Assembly (NCBI GenBank): GCA_049472335.1
Contig: JBLIRO010000002.1
Span: 32,001 to 96,000, forward strand
From: a bacterium
GTDB lineage: Bacteria > SZUA-182 > DTGQ01 > JAFGSM01
Length of the DNA stretch: 64,000 nt
Direction: 5' to 3'
Below the pieces are notes generated by a model. It had not been told where the DNA came from. It made no database searches and saw only the letters and a program-made list of their open reading frames with translations. How positions within the stretch are numbered: the stretch's first letter is position 1; each line of letters opens with the position of its first letter. The translations under genes were made by a program, and so were the position numbers. Below are positions 18,502 to 28,324 of the stretch, in pieces.

Positions 18502-18933
18502 ATGCCGAAAGAAGAAGGAACTGTCATTGATATTGTACCTGAAGGTGCATTGGTTCGTATAAAAAGGACGGATGCATGTCACGGTTGTCCATCTGCAGGA
18601 ATATGCCATATGGGTGGTAGCGGAGAAAGAGAAGTCCTGGCCAGAAATCCTTTTGGCGCCCGAAAGGGTGAGATGGTGGAAATAGAAATAAAGGAGGGAT
18701 TACTGTTAAAGGCTTCCTTTATAATATATATGCTTCCGATTTTGGGCCTCCTGATGGGAGCGCTTTTTGGAAGATGGATAATAAATTTCTTTGGATTGCC
18801 TTTTAATGAGAATACGGGAGCCGTCTTAGGTGGTTTGACCTGCCTGCTGGTTGTGTTTATACTAATAAAAATAATAACCGGGGGTAGTTGTTATATGAAG
18901 AAATATCAACCAACCATTACCAAGGTTAAGTAA
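18502..18933 (+). CDS. RseC/MucC family protein
   Basis: EEGTVI...ACHGCPSAGIC, A.N..GA..G..VEIEI, ASFIIYMLP, 2 TM; likely start ATG 18502. Confidence 0.85.
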   Translation: MPKEEGTVIDIVPEGALVRIKRTDACHGCPSAGICHMGGSGEREVLARNPFGARKGEMVEIEIKEGLLLKASFIIYMLPILGLLMGALFGRWIINFFGLPFNENTGAVLGGLTCLLVVFILIKIITGGSCYMKKYQPTITKVK

Positions 18934-18954
18934 AGAAGGGGAGGTGCTTTAGAA

Positions 18955-19986
18955 ATGCGAGTTGGCATATTGACGGGCGGAGGGGATTGCCCTGGATTAA
19001 ATGCGGTTATAAGGGCCATTGTTAGGAAAGGGATCGATAGCTACGGGGATGAGCTTATAGGGATAAAGCATGGATGGGCAGGCCTGATTAATGATGTTAT
19101 GGGCACCCTGGGCAAGAATCAGATTTCCGGAATACTTCCAAGAGGCGGTACTATCCTGGGCACATCCAGGACTAATCCCTTTAAGGTCGAGGGTGGTCTG
19201 GATAAGATTCAGAACACCATAAAATCCAAGAACCTTGAAGCGCTTATTGCAATAGGCGGGGAAGACACCCTGGGAGTCGCTAATAAACTCCACAAAGAAG
19301 GTATATCTGTTGTCGGTGTCCCAAAGACCATCGACAATGACCTGTCAGGCACGGACTATACCTTTGGTTTTGATACAGCCACACAGATCGTGACCGAAGC
19401 GATCGACAGGCTGCACACAACGGCAGAATCCCACAACAGAGTTATGGTTGTGGAGGTTATGGGCAGGCATTCCGGATGGATCGCTACTATTGGGGGAATT
19501 GCCGGAGGAGCGGACTGTATTCTTATCCCGGAGATCCCTTTCAGTCTTGATGATATGGTGGAGCTAATAAAAAAACGGCAGGCACGGGGGAGGGCATATA
19601 CCATAATTGTCGTAGCTGAGGGAGCCAAACCGAAGGATATGGATCAGTATTTAACCAAGGACGCGTCACTGGATTCATTTGGTCATGTCAAGTTAGGCGG
19701 GATAGGAGAATTTCTGGCCAAAGAGATTGAGAAAAGGACAGGCGCTGAGACAAGAATGACAAACCTGGGACATGTCCAAAGAGGGGGAACCCCTACCGCT
19801 TATGACCGTGTATTGGGGACAAGATATGGTATCAGGGCGATCGACCTTGTTCATGAGGGCAAATTCGGTTATATGGCTGCTTTGCGCGGAAACAAGATAG
19901 TCGATGTCGCCCTGTCCGAGGCAGTAGGGACCCTTAAGACTGTGGATATGGATCTCTTTGAGGTAGCAAAGGTATTCTTTGGTTAA
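18955..19986 (+). CDS. pfkA: 6-phosphofructokinase, group III (probably PPi-dependent or mixed-substrate)
   Basis: GGGDCPGLN, GGEDT, PKTIDND, EVMGRHSGW, LGHVQRGG. Confidence 0.93.
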   Translation: MRVGILTGGGDCPGLNAVIRAIVRKGIDSYGDELIGIKHGWAGLINDVMGTLGKNQISGILPRGGTILGTSRTNPFKVEGGLDKIQNTIKSKNLEALIAIGGEDTLGVANKLHKEGISVVGVPKTIDNDLSGTDYTFGFDTATQIVTEAIDRLHTTAESHNRVMVVEVMGRHSGWIATIGGIAGGADCILIPEIPFSLDDMVELIKKRQARGRAYTIIVVAEGAKPKDMDQYLTKDASLDSFGHVKLGGIGEFLAKEIEKRTGAETRMTNLGHVQRGGTPTAYDRVLGTRYGIRAIDLVHEGKFGYMAALRGNKIVDVALSEAVGTLKTVDMDLFEVAKVFFG

Positions 19987-20401
19987 ACCATACCGGAGGA
20001 TGGACACTACTGCTGATGTGGGCCTTACTTCATGTGGTTTAAGCTTAAAAGAGCTCTATGTTAACATGGCAAAGGGGCTTTTCAGCTTGATTGCCCCTTT
20101 GCCGTGTGTCAGGAAGAAGCTTTGCCACAGAGTGAATGCTCAGGCCTCTTCCCATGAGGAACTTCTTGTTGCATGGTTGAATGAGTTGATATTTGTCAGG
20201 GAAACGGAAGATCTTCTTTTTCGTTATTTTGAAATAATATCTCTTGATAAGAATCAGTTGGAATCTGTTTGTCTGGGCGAAGTTATCGATCCGAACAAGC
20301 ATGTGCTCAGGATGGAGATCAAAGCAGCCACATATCATAGAACATCCATCTGGCGGGACTCTAATGGACTCTGGCGTGCAATGGTAATATTTGATGTTTA
20401 G
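19979..20401 (+). CDS. Archease
   Basis: DTTADVG, LLVAWLNEL, EIKAATYH, C-terminal FDV. Confidence 0.9.
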   Translation: MVKPYRRMDTTADVGLTSCGLSLKELYVNMAKGLFSLIAPLPCVRKKLCHRVNAQASSHEELLVAWLNELIFVRETEDLLFRYFEIISLDKNQLESVCLGEVIDPNKHVLRMEIKAATYHRTSIWRDSNGLWRAMVIFDV

Positions 20402-20418
20402 GTTTAAAGAAAAATAAC

Positions 20419-21870
20419 ATGACCATACCCATTGAAAAGATCGGTCCCTATCGATATAAAGTGCCCGAGAGCTATCAACCGGGCATGAGGGTTCCGGGGA
20501 TTTTCTATAGTGATGAAAAGCTCCTGGAGGCTATAAAAAAAGACGAGTCTTTAAAACAGCTCGCCAATGCAGCCACACTTCCGGGGATTGTTAAAGCATC
20601 TCTGGCTATGCCTGATATTCACTACGGTTATGGCCTGCCTATTGGAGGTGTTGTGGCAACCAGGATCGAGGATGGGGTAGTATCTCCCGGAGGGGTCGGC
20701 TTTGATATAAACTGCGGTGTACGCATTATGCGGACTGGCCTCATCCGAAGGGATCTGGAGTCGAAGGATAGATTAAAAAAGGCTGTCATGGCTTTATATG
20801 GACATGTACCTGCAGGTGTAGGGTCCAAAGGAAAGCTGAAGCTGACCCAGAAGGAAGAGAAGGATCTATTGAAGAAAGGCTCAAGTTGGGCAGTTTCAAG
20901 GGGATTTGGGCGGCCCGCAGACCTGAGATTTACAGAGGCAGGGGGATGTCTTGAGGGAGCGGATCCAGATGTCATCAGCCAAAAGGCCTATGAACGGGGC
21001 AGGAATCAACAGGGCACTCTCGGCTCGGGAAACCACTTTATGGAAATCCAGTATGTTGCCGAGATTTACGATCAGGAAGCGGCAAGACATTTTGGCCTCG
21101 CCCTGGACCAGATTACGTTAATGATCCATTCAGGTTCCCGCGGATTCGGGCATCAGGTCTGCACGGATTTTCTGGCCAGTATGGGGAAGGCAGTGTATAA
21201 ATATGGTATAGAGCTCCCTGACAGACAATTGGCGTGTGCTCCTTTAAATTCTCCTGAGGGTCAAAAATATCTTGGAGCCATGAGGTGCGCTGCCAATTAT
21301 GCCTGGGCCAACCGGCAATGCCTCATGTTTTGGGCTGAGGAGGCTCTTTGCCAGGGGCTGAATATCACGACCAGAGAACTCTGTATGTCTCTGATCTATG
21401 ATGTCGCTCACAATATAGTGAAGATTGAAAGGCATAGGGTGGAAGGGAAGGATATGGATCTTGCTGTCCACAGAAAAGGCGCGACAAGGGCATTTGCACC
21501 CGGACATGTTGATCTGCCTGAGGAATACCGGCCAACAGGTCAGCCGATTCTTATCCCGGGAGACATGGGCACCTGTTCATATATCCTGAAAGGTACCGAA
21601 CAGGCCATGGATGAGACATTCGGCAGCACATGTCATGGTGCCGGAAGGGCATTAAGCCGCAGGGCGGCCGTAAAGGCATCTAAAGGGAGGTCTATTGCAA
21701 GAGAGCTGGAAGAAAAAGGCATTGTGGTGCTTGCGGCAGGAAAGGAAACCTTGAGAGAAGAGATGCCCGAGGCTTATAAAGAGATCTCCGAAGTCGTTCA
21801 AGTAGTTCATAATGCCGGTATTGCCCTTAAAGTGGCTCAAGTAAGACCTATAGGTGTTATCAAGGGATAA
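20419..21870 (+). CDS. rtcB: RtcB RNA ligase
   Basis: MPDIHYGYG, GVGFDINCG, GTLGSGNHF, HSGSRG, HRKGAT, HGAGR, terminal IKG. Confidence 0.95.
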   Translation: MTIPIEKIGPYRYKVPESYQPGMRVPGIFYSDEKLLEAIKKDESLKQLANAATLPGIVKASLAMPDIHYGYGLPIGGVVATRIEDGVVSPGGVGFDINCGVRIMRTGLIRRDLESKDRLKKAVMALYGHVPAGVGSKGKLKLTQKEEKDLLKKGSSWAVSRGFGRPADLRFTEAGGCLEGADPDVISQKAYERGRNQQGTLGSGNHFMEIQYVAEIYDQEAARHFGLALDQITLMIHSGSRGFGHQVCTDFLASMGKAVYKYGIELPDRQLACAPLNSPEGQKYLGAMRCAANYAWANRQCLMFWAEEALCQGLNITTRELCMSLIYDVAHNIVKIERHRVEGKDMDLAVHRKGATRAFAPGHVDLPEEYRPTGQPILIPGDMGTCSYILKGTEQAMDETFGSTCHGAGRALSRRAAVKASKGRSIARELEEKGIVVLAAGKETLREEMPEAYKEISEVVQVVHNAGIALKVAQVRPIGVIKG

Positions 21871-21873
21871 GAA

Positions 21874-22911
21874 TCAGTTTTTATTTTGAGTTAAGATATC
21901 CCAGAATTTATTCGTATCCAGAGTATCCAGATCCTTACCTTCGAGATCCGATCTTTTAAGGGTATAGCTTTCAGCCTCAGTCCATTTCAGGGAACCGCCT
22001 TCCTCTTTCAATCCTTTTAGACGGATATTCACTTCTTTATATGCATCGTTTTCCATAAGAGTTTGAAATAAATTTAAAAAAAAGAGACGGTCCGATCCGG
22101 AAAGTTTAATGGGGATTGTTTCTGCGGGTAAAGGAAACAATGTTTCCATTGAAATCTTACGTAACGAAAGGGTCAGATCGAGCTTCCATCCATCCGATAA
22201 CGGTTCAATAGCAATGTCCTTCTCTCTCAGAAAAACAGAAAAAGAGGGATACCATCCTGCCTCCTGATGCGCCCCGGTTTCCTTTTTTTTCTGATCATAA
22301 TAGTTGCTCAACTTTTCTGTGATCGAAAGGGCTTCATCTTTCAAGGAGTTAAGATCGGCATTTTTTTCCGGGTCATAAATACACTTTTTTTCAATCCAAC
22401 CTTCCAGGCCTTCATTGTTCTCTTTTATATAAATCCATTCTGCCTCTTCAAGATACATTCCGACCCCTTGGTCCATGGATAACATGCCAAGGGAAGGATA
22501 GGTATCAACAGGCCCGGCCCTTACATGTGTAGCCTCGCAATTGGTTATTACACGTCTTAATTCGGAACGTGCTGATTCTGAACCGACCGGTAATATCTTA
22601 CAGGCCGAAGCAATTATCCATCCATCTTTACCCTCAGGGGTTTTACAATGATACCATCCATCCTTCTCTTCGAGCCCGCTTAAAATGTCATTTTTTTTAA
22701 CCGTTACTATCCACGCGTAAGAAGTCCCGGGTCCCTGGCGAATATTCACGGAAGCCATTGTGACCTCCAGAGTGAAAACAGGCCCCTGTTTTTTTTCAGG
22801 CAAATCCTGTTCTGTTTTGGCGCCTTTTATAACAGAGAGGCTAAAGATAAAAGAGAAGAATGTAAAAATAAAAACATTTATAATCAGATTATTTTTGACT
22901 CTTTGTATCAT
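21874..22911 (-). CDS. Exported protein with two bacterial SH3 domains
   Basis: Signal-like N-terminus; VNIRQGPGTSY...GWY...GWI and HVRAGP...EGWI. Confidence 0.75.
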   Translation of the reverse strand: MIQRVKNNLIINVFIFTFFSFIFSLSVIKGAKTEQDLPEKKQGPVFTLEVTMASVNIRQGPGTSYAWIVTVKKNDILSGLEEKDGWYHCKTPEGKDGWIIASACKILPVGSESARSELRRVITNCEATHVRAGPVDTYPSLGMLSMDQGVGMYLEEAEWIYIKENNEGLEGWIEKKCIYDPEKNADLNSLKDEALSITEKLSNYYDQKKKETGAHQEAGWYPSFSVFLREKDIAIEPLSDGWKLDLTLSLRKISMETLFPLPAETIPIKLSGSDRLFFLNLFQTLMENDAYKEVNIRLKGLKEEGGSLKWTEAESYTLKRSDLEGKDLDTLDTNKFWDILTQNKN

Positions 22912-23033
22912 TTTGAATTCCCAGAAGTTTTAAATTTAATGTCCTGATTGATTCAGTAATAATTAAACAACTAAAATGTTATATAAAAGGATATTATAAA
23001 TCATTCAAATTGGCAAATATTCCTATGATACCC

Positions 23034-23061
23034 TTGACAAGGTTTTGCTTTTTGTGATAAT
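23034..23061 (+). promoter_or_regulatory. Putative sigma70 promoter
   Basis: TTGACA(23034)-16 nt-GATAAT upstream of 23130. Confidence 0.45.
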
Positions 23062-23129
23062 TTTCAAATAATTTTATTTTAAATAATAAAAAATCAACCA
23101 CATAGGAAAAAGAAATCTTTCCTTGAATA

Positions 23130-25022
23130 ATGGAGGAAGCCACAATTTTGTTCAGGAAGACTCTTAGAAGAAAAGGCTTTGGCTTTTTATATCCTTATCT
23201 AACGATATATCTTTTTTTACTTGCTTTTGCCTTTTTTCTTTTTAACGAGTTGCCCTTCATTTCCGTTCGTGTCTCGGCCCGGGATTATTCTTGTCCCCTT
23301 GTGGAAGAGATAGCCGCATTTTTCCCTGTCTTAGAAGGATACATAGTAGAGGTTAAAGGTGATATGATTTTTTTGGATCTGGGCAGACCTTCGGGTGTCA
23401 GGAAAGGTATGGAATTTCTCTGTATAAGAGAAGGGGAGGAATTCACACATCCTATGACAGGGGCCGTGCTTGGGCGCTTCGAGGACAAGCTGGGTTATAT
23501 ACAGGTTACAGAAATTAGCGAGAATTACAGTATAGGTAAAATACAGCAAAATTTTTCAGGGAAGGTTATAAAACGCGGGGATAAAATCAGAATAACGGCA
23601 TCAAAGATCCCAATAGCTCTCCCTTCGGACCTTAAATTTAATCCCAACATCGAAGCCTTTGTAAAAGGGCTTGAACAGAATGGCCGCTTCACAATCATCC
23701 CAAGGGCAAGTATCGTCTCAACCCTTAATGATATCGGCCTTTCTGATTTTAATGATTTGACTTCCGAACAGATCAAAAGGATATCTGAGAAGCTGGATAT
23801 ATCAGCCATTATTATCCCCTCAATGGAAGAATCGACCCGGAAGAATTTTATCCATGTGCGTATTATATCTGCCCGGACCGGGGCTTCCATAACCCAATTG
23901 AGCTATGAATGTGGGGAGGATAGAATGGATCAATTGTCAAATTCAGTTGATTTGACCAATCAAACACCCCAGGGTTCCGGAGATATGTCCGGGAGGTTCA
24001 GCGTCCCATTGCAGGGAGAGATTACAGATATTTCCCATTTGTCTCAACACCTTGACTTTTCAATCATTCATATGGCTATTGGAGATGTCACCGGTAATGG
24101 AATAAACGAAGTTTGCGTTAGCGATGGCAGAAATATATTCTTGTATTCATGGGAAAAAGACAGGCTTGAAAAAATTGCAGAGGTTAAAGGAACGGTGTCC
24201 GAAAATCACCTTTCTATGGATATCGCTGATATAAATGGAAACGGATGTGCTGAAATCTATGTCAGTAATATGGAAAAGGACTCATTGCAATCATTTGTAA
24301 TGGAATGGCAAAATGGCAACCTGGAAAAGATCTGGAGCAGGGCGCCCCTTTTCTTAAAGGTTATGACTGTCTATCTGGACCAAAGAATCATTTTGGGCCA
24401 GAGCAAGGGGATCGCGGAGCCCTTCGATACAAAGGTAAATGAATATAAATGGGGGAAGGATGGTTTTGTCCCTGCAAATGAGGTCGATCTTCCTCAAAAG
24501 CTAAATATTCTTAACATCGGGATGGCAGACATGGATGGGGACGGAAACAGGGAGCTTATATATTTAGATGATAAAGAGCTCAGCATTTATCGAAACGGAA
24601 AAAAGATATGGAAAAGTGATTGTGGATACGGCGGAAGGACATTATTTTTCGAGTATAAACCAAAGGGTGCTTTAGTTACGTCTGATGTAGAGATTAGGGT
24701 ATATCTTCCAAGTCATCTGTCTATTCAGGATATAAACGAAAATGGAAAACCGGATATTATGGTGATTAAAAATACCTCTTCAACAGGCGGTCTTTTCCCC
24801 CAGAGCCGGCTTTACAGGAAAGGGGAAGCCTGTCTGATTGAATGGAACGGGCTTTCATTCGCAGAGGTCTGGTGTTCTGGTGAGATTGACGCCTATTTGA
24901 CTGACGTGGCAATTGGTGATATAAATCATGACAATAATGAGGATCTCGTCTTGTCGATGGTTTTGGTAAGCGGCATTGACAAATTTTGGGAGAAGAATCC
25001 GAGCAAGGTTTTATTTTACTAG
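23130..25022 (+). CDS. FG-GAP/VCBS-repeat envelope protein with N-terminal FlgT-like domain
   Basis: Repeated GDVTGNGINE, ADINGNGCAE, ADMDGDGNRE, DINENGKPD, GDINHDNNED; HPMTGAVLG motif; N-terminal TM. Confidence 0.75.
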   Translation: MEEATILFRKTLRRKGFGFLYPYLTIYLFLLAFAFFLFNELPFISVRVSARDYSCPLVEEIAAFFPVLEGYIVEVKGDMIFLDLGRPSGVRKGMEFLCIREGEEFTHPMTGAVLGRFEDKLGYIQVTEISENYSIGKIQQNFSGKVIKRGDKIRITASKIPIALPSDLKFNPNIEAFVKGLEQNGRFTIIPRASIVSTLNDIGLSDFNDLTSEQIKRISEKLDISAIIIPSMEESTRKNFIHVRIISARTGASITQLSYECGEDRMDQLSNSVDLTNQTPQGSGDMSGRFSVPLQGEITDISHLSQHLDFSIIHMAIGDVTGNGINEVCVSDGRNIFLYSWEKDRLEKIAEVKGTVSENHLSMDIADINGNGCAEIYVSNMEKDSLQSFVMEWQNGNLEKIWSRAPLFLKVMTVYLDQRIILGQSKGIAEPFDTKVNEYKWGKDGFVPANEVDLPQKLNILNIGMADMDGDGNRELIYLDDKELSIYRNGKKIWKSDCGYGGRTLFFEYKPKGALVTSDVEIRVYLPSHLSIQDINENGKPDIMVIKNTSSTGGLFPQSRLYRKGEACLIEWNGLSFAEVWCSGEIDAYLTDVAIGDINHDNNEDLVLSMVLVSGIDKFWEKNPSKVLFY

Positions 25023-25057
25023 CATATAGATTAATTAATAAATTTGGCTTTAAAGAC

Positions 25058-25086
25058 TTGACAACTTGTATTCCCAGTGCTATATT
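25058..25086 (+). promoter_or_regulatory. Putative sigma70 promoter of the porin gene
   Basis: TTGACA(25058)-17 nt-TATATT(25081). Confidence 0.55.
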
Positions 25087-25433
25087 CTCCATAATTTAAG
25101 GATTTAATTTAAAACAACATTGGTTGAGGCTTAAAAAGGGGGTATTAAAGGGGGTGGTTAATGGTCTTTAGGACTATTTAAAAATAGGGAATCGCCAACC
25201 AAGACACCCACTCATCCATATCTTTAGTTAAAAATAGGAGATGAAAAAATCCTTAATTTGTTGGAATGTGTAAAGATATTTGCCGTCATAAATAAATTTT
25301 CAAAAAGGAGGTGGTGGCCTAGACAGACACCTCGTTGATTTTCTTGTGAAGATAATCATTCATTTTATTTCTAAGTTTTTGATTTGCAGGCAGTTAGTTC
25401 AATAAAGCGAATGTCAATGTAAGGAGGAAAGGG

Positions 25434-26792
25434 ATGAAAAAAGTATTTTATTTAGCTTTTGCGGTTTTGATACTATCAGTCATGTGTTTTAATGTTATGC
25501 CTGCCAGGGCAGAAGTCACCTTCAACGGTGAGTGGAGAGTCAGGGGCTTCGCGTATGATATTAATGGTGAAAACGATGCAGTCGGAAATAGATCCGATAC
25601 AGCGTCCTTTTGGGATCAGAGGTTTCGTCTTTATATTACTGCCAAGGTGAGTGATAATTTAAAGGGCATTGTCAGGATGTTGGCCCCTAATCATGTCCCT
25701 TGTGATTATGACACCGGAGGTGGCAATAGATGGGGATACTACGATCCAAAACCGGTCCTTTGGGATGTTGCTTATTTAGACTTCGATATTCCACTTCCAG
25801 CAGCACCAGTGAATGTTAAATTAGGAAGGCAAGGAATCGACTTGGGCAATTATGTATTACTTGGGAGTTGTAGAACCTATGATTCCGTAATACTGAGCAC
25901 GGCAATCCAAAATGTCAATATTTCTTTTCTGACCGTTAAGCTTGATGAGGGTCAAAATCCTACTTATCCCGCTGATCCTAATTATGCTGGTTTTGATGAT
26001 GAGGACCTATATGGAGCTGTCCTGAGTTTCGATCCTGCCCCAAATATTAACCTTGGCATTTGGACGGTTTTTGGAAAAGATGGAGGCACAAGGTCTGGCT
26101 ATATAAGCCAAACATTGCAGTCTGTTATCGATCCTGACGATTATCCCAGTGCCGATGCATTTTGGTTAGGGGCGGCAACAAAAATGGATTTTGCTCCTAT
26201 TAAAGTCAATCTGGAATTTGATTATAGTAAAGTAAGCTTAAATAGCGATGATACTGTTACTAATCCTGATATCGATGTGACCGGATATGCCTTTTTCGGT
26301 GATATCTGCGCTGATTTGCCTGCAGTAAAATTCGGTGGTAATTTACTATATACCACTGGTGATGACAAAACTGATAGTGATTATGACTCCGATTTATTTG
26401 TCCCGATCAGCAGCTATTTTTCAGAAAGAAATGATTATGATTACATGGTCTTAAGAGAGTATATACCTAAATATTATGGTAATGGTGCATTTAAAGGTGA
26501 TCATTCTATTGGTAACCTTATTGCCATAAAATTATATGCTATGAAAGATTTAGCGCCGAAAGTAAACGGTATGATTTCAGTACAGAATTACTCATTTACC
26601 CAGGACCCGGATGGTAATGGTGGGGATGGAAAGAATATAGGTACTGAGATTGATGTAAGGTTAGTTTATAAACTTTATGATAATTTAACGCTAACCGGCG
26701 TTGGTGCTTATTGGGTCACTGACGAAGATATCTTCGGTGCCGATAATGAGAATAACTGGTTGCTAAAACAAGAGATTCTCTATAAGTTCTAA
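25434..26792 (+). CDS. Outer-membrane beta-barrel porin-like protein
   Basis: Signal peptide ending ARA; alternating beta-strand pattern; DQRFRL, IGTEID motifs; C-terminal YKF; SD AAGGAGG. Confidence 0.8.
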   Translation: MKKVFYLAFAVLILSVMCFNVMPARAEVTFNGEWRVRGFAYDINGENDAVGNRSDTASFWDQRFRLYITAKVSDNLKGIVRMLAPNHVPCDYDTGGGNRWGYYDPKPVLWDVAYLDFDIPLPAAPVNVKLGRQGIDLGNYVLLGSCRTYDSVILSTAIQNVNISFLTVKLDEGQNPTYPADPNYAGFDDEDLYGAVLSFDPAPNINLGIWTVFGKDGGTRSGYISQTLQSVIDPDDYPSADAFWLGAATKMDFAPIKVNLEFDYSKVSLNSDDTVTNPDIDVTGYAFFGDICADLPAVKFGGNLLYTTGDDKTDSDYDSDLFVPISSYFSERNDYDYMVLREYIPKYYGNGAFKGDHSIGNLIAIKLYAMKDLAPKVNGMISVQNYSFTQDPDGNGGDGKNIGTEIDVRLVYKLYDNLTLTGVGAYWVTDEDIFGADNENNWLLKQEILYKF

Positions 26793-26819
26793 TCTTTTTA
26801 TACTAATAGGAATAAAAAG

Positions 26820-26857
26820 GAGGCCCTGGATTTCATAAATCCAGGGCCTCTTTTATT
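26820..26857 (+). terminator. Rho-independent terminator (possibly bidirectional)
   Basis: GAGGCCCTGGATTT-cat-AAATCCAGGGCCTC perfect 14-bp stem followed by TTTTATT, with an A-tract in front. Confidence 0.9.
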
Positions 26858-26981
26858 ATAACCCTATAAGCTCCTTACTTGACCCTTAAGGCATGATAAT
26901 GCTAATATAATATCCAATATATAACAACGTTTTAAATTTTTAAAGAAAATCTATACCGGTCCCTGTCAGGAGGTTAATAAA

Positions 26982-27893
26982 ATGATATATACCTTTTTTA
27001 ATGGTGAGTTTGTTCCATCGGATGATGCCAAAATTAATGTGCGAAATAATAGTTTCAATTACGGGACAGCGATTTTTGAAGGTATCAGAGGTTATTGGAA
27101 TGTCGATCATAAGCAAATGTATATAATCAAAATGAAAGAGCATTATAAGAGGCTCATGCAGGGGAGCCGTTTTTTGAATTTTAATCTTCCTTATAAGATT
27201 GAGGATTATTGTGATATTACATTAGATCTCATAAAAAGGAATAATCATAAGGAAAATACTTATATTCGCCCTTTGGTTTATTATACCCCGGACAAGATAT
27301 CTCCGAAATTCATCGGTTACGAAGCAGGATTCACCCTTTATACCGTCCCTATGGGAGATTATATAGATACATCAAAGGGAATCAGGGTCTGTGTGTCCAC
27401 GTGGAGGCGTATCTCTGACAATATGGTCCCTGCAAGGTTTAAGATGTGCGGTATATATGTAAACTCTGCACTTGCAAAAACAGAGGCGCTTGAAAGGGGC
27501 TTCGATGAAGCGATCATGCTGAACGTGGATGGTCATGTTGCAGAGGGTAGCGCAGAGAATATATTTATCATACGCGATGGCAATCTGATCACTCCGTCCT
27601 TATCGGATGATATATTGGAGGGTATCACACGTAAGGCCCTTATAACCCTCTGTGAAGAGGACCTGAACTTAAAGGTTATTGAAAGAAAAATCAATCGAAC
27701 AGAGCTATATATATGCGACGAGGCTTTCCTGTGTGGAACGGGGGCGCAGGTAGCCCCTGTTATTGAAGTGGACGGTCATAAAACAGGGGACGGCAGGATA
27801 GGATCAATTACCCGAAAGATTCAGAAACTTTATTTTGAAATAGTAAGAGGCGAAAGTAATAAATATAGTGAATGGCGGACCCCTGTTTATTAA
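26982..27893 (+). CDS. ilvE: Branched-chain amino acid aminotransferase
   Basis: FNYGTAIFEGIRGY, K.CGIYVNS, EGSAENIF, ILEGITR, GTGAQV. Confidence 0.92.
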   Translation: MIYTFFNGEFVPSDDAKINVRNNSFNYGTAIFEGIRGYWNVDHKQMYIIKMKEHYKRLMQGSRFLNFNLPYKIEDYCDITLDLIKRNNHKENTYIRPLVYYTPDKISPKFIGYEAGFTLYTVPMGDYIDTSKGIRVCVSTWRRISDNMVPARFKMCGIYVNSALAKTEALERGFDEAIMLNVDGHVAEGSAENIFIIRDGNLITPSLSDDILEGITRKALITLCEEDLNLKVIERKINRTELYICDEAFLCGTGAQVAPVIEVDGHKTGDGRIGSITRKIQKLYFEIVRGESNKYSEWRTPVY

Positions 27894-27946
27894 AGCAGAC
27901 AGAGGATTGTCTTCTGATTTTTCTCTGTTTAAGGATCCATAAATAT

Positions 27947-28324
27947 TAGGTCTAAGAGGACCATAAGCCGAGTTCTGTCCCCCGGTTAATAACCAGGGTG
28001 ATGATCATCAATCTTGGACATTGGTTACCCAATGCCTCTAGCGACCTACCCAAAGGCTCAGACGGGCAGCCTTCAAACGCCTTCCTATTTGGTCTTGCTC
28101 TTGGTGGGGTTTACCATGCCTTCGTTGTCACCAACGAAGCGGTGAGCTCTTACCTCGCCTTTTCACCCTTACCATACTTGTAAAAGAATGGCGGTATATT
28201 TTCTGTGGCACTTTCCTTAGGGTCACCCCCACTCCGCGTTACGGAGCACCATGCCCTATAGAGCTCGGACTTTCCTCTGACCCCAAAGAAAGGGGGCAGC
28301 GACCATCTGTTCCTCTTAGACCTA
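27947..28324 (-). ncRNA. rnpB: RNase P RNA, bacterial type A
   Basis: Minus strand has GAGGAAAGTCCGAGC, AGTGCCACAGAAA, GGTAAACCCC, GAGCAAGAC and ACAGAACTCGGCTTA; ends form a 14-bp P1 helix. Confidence 0.96.
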
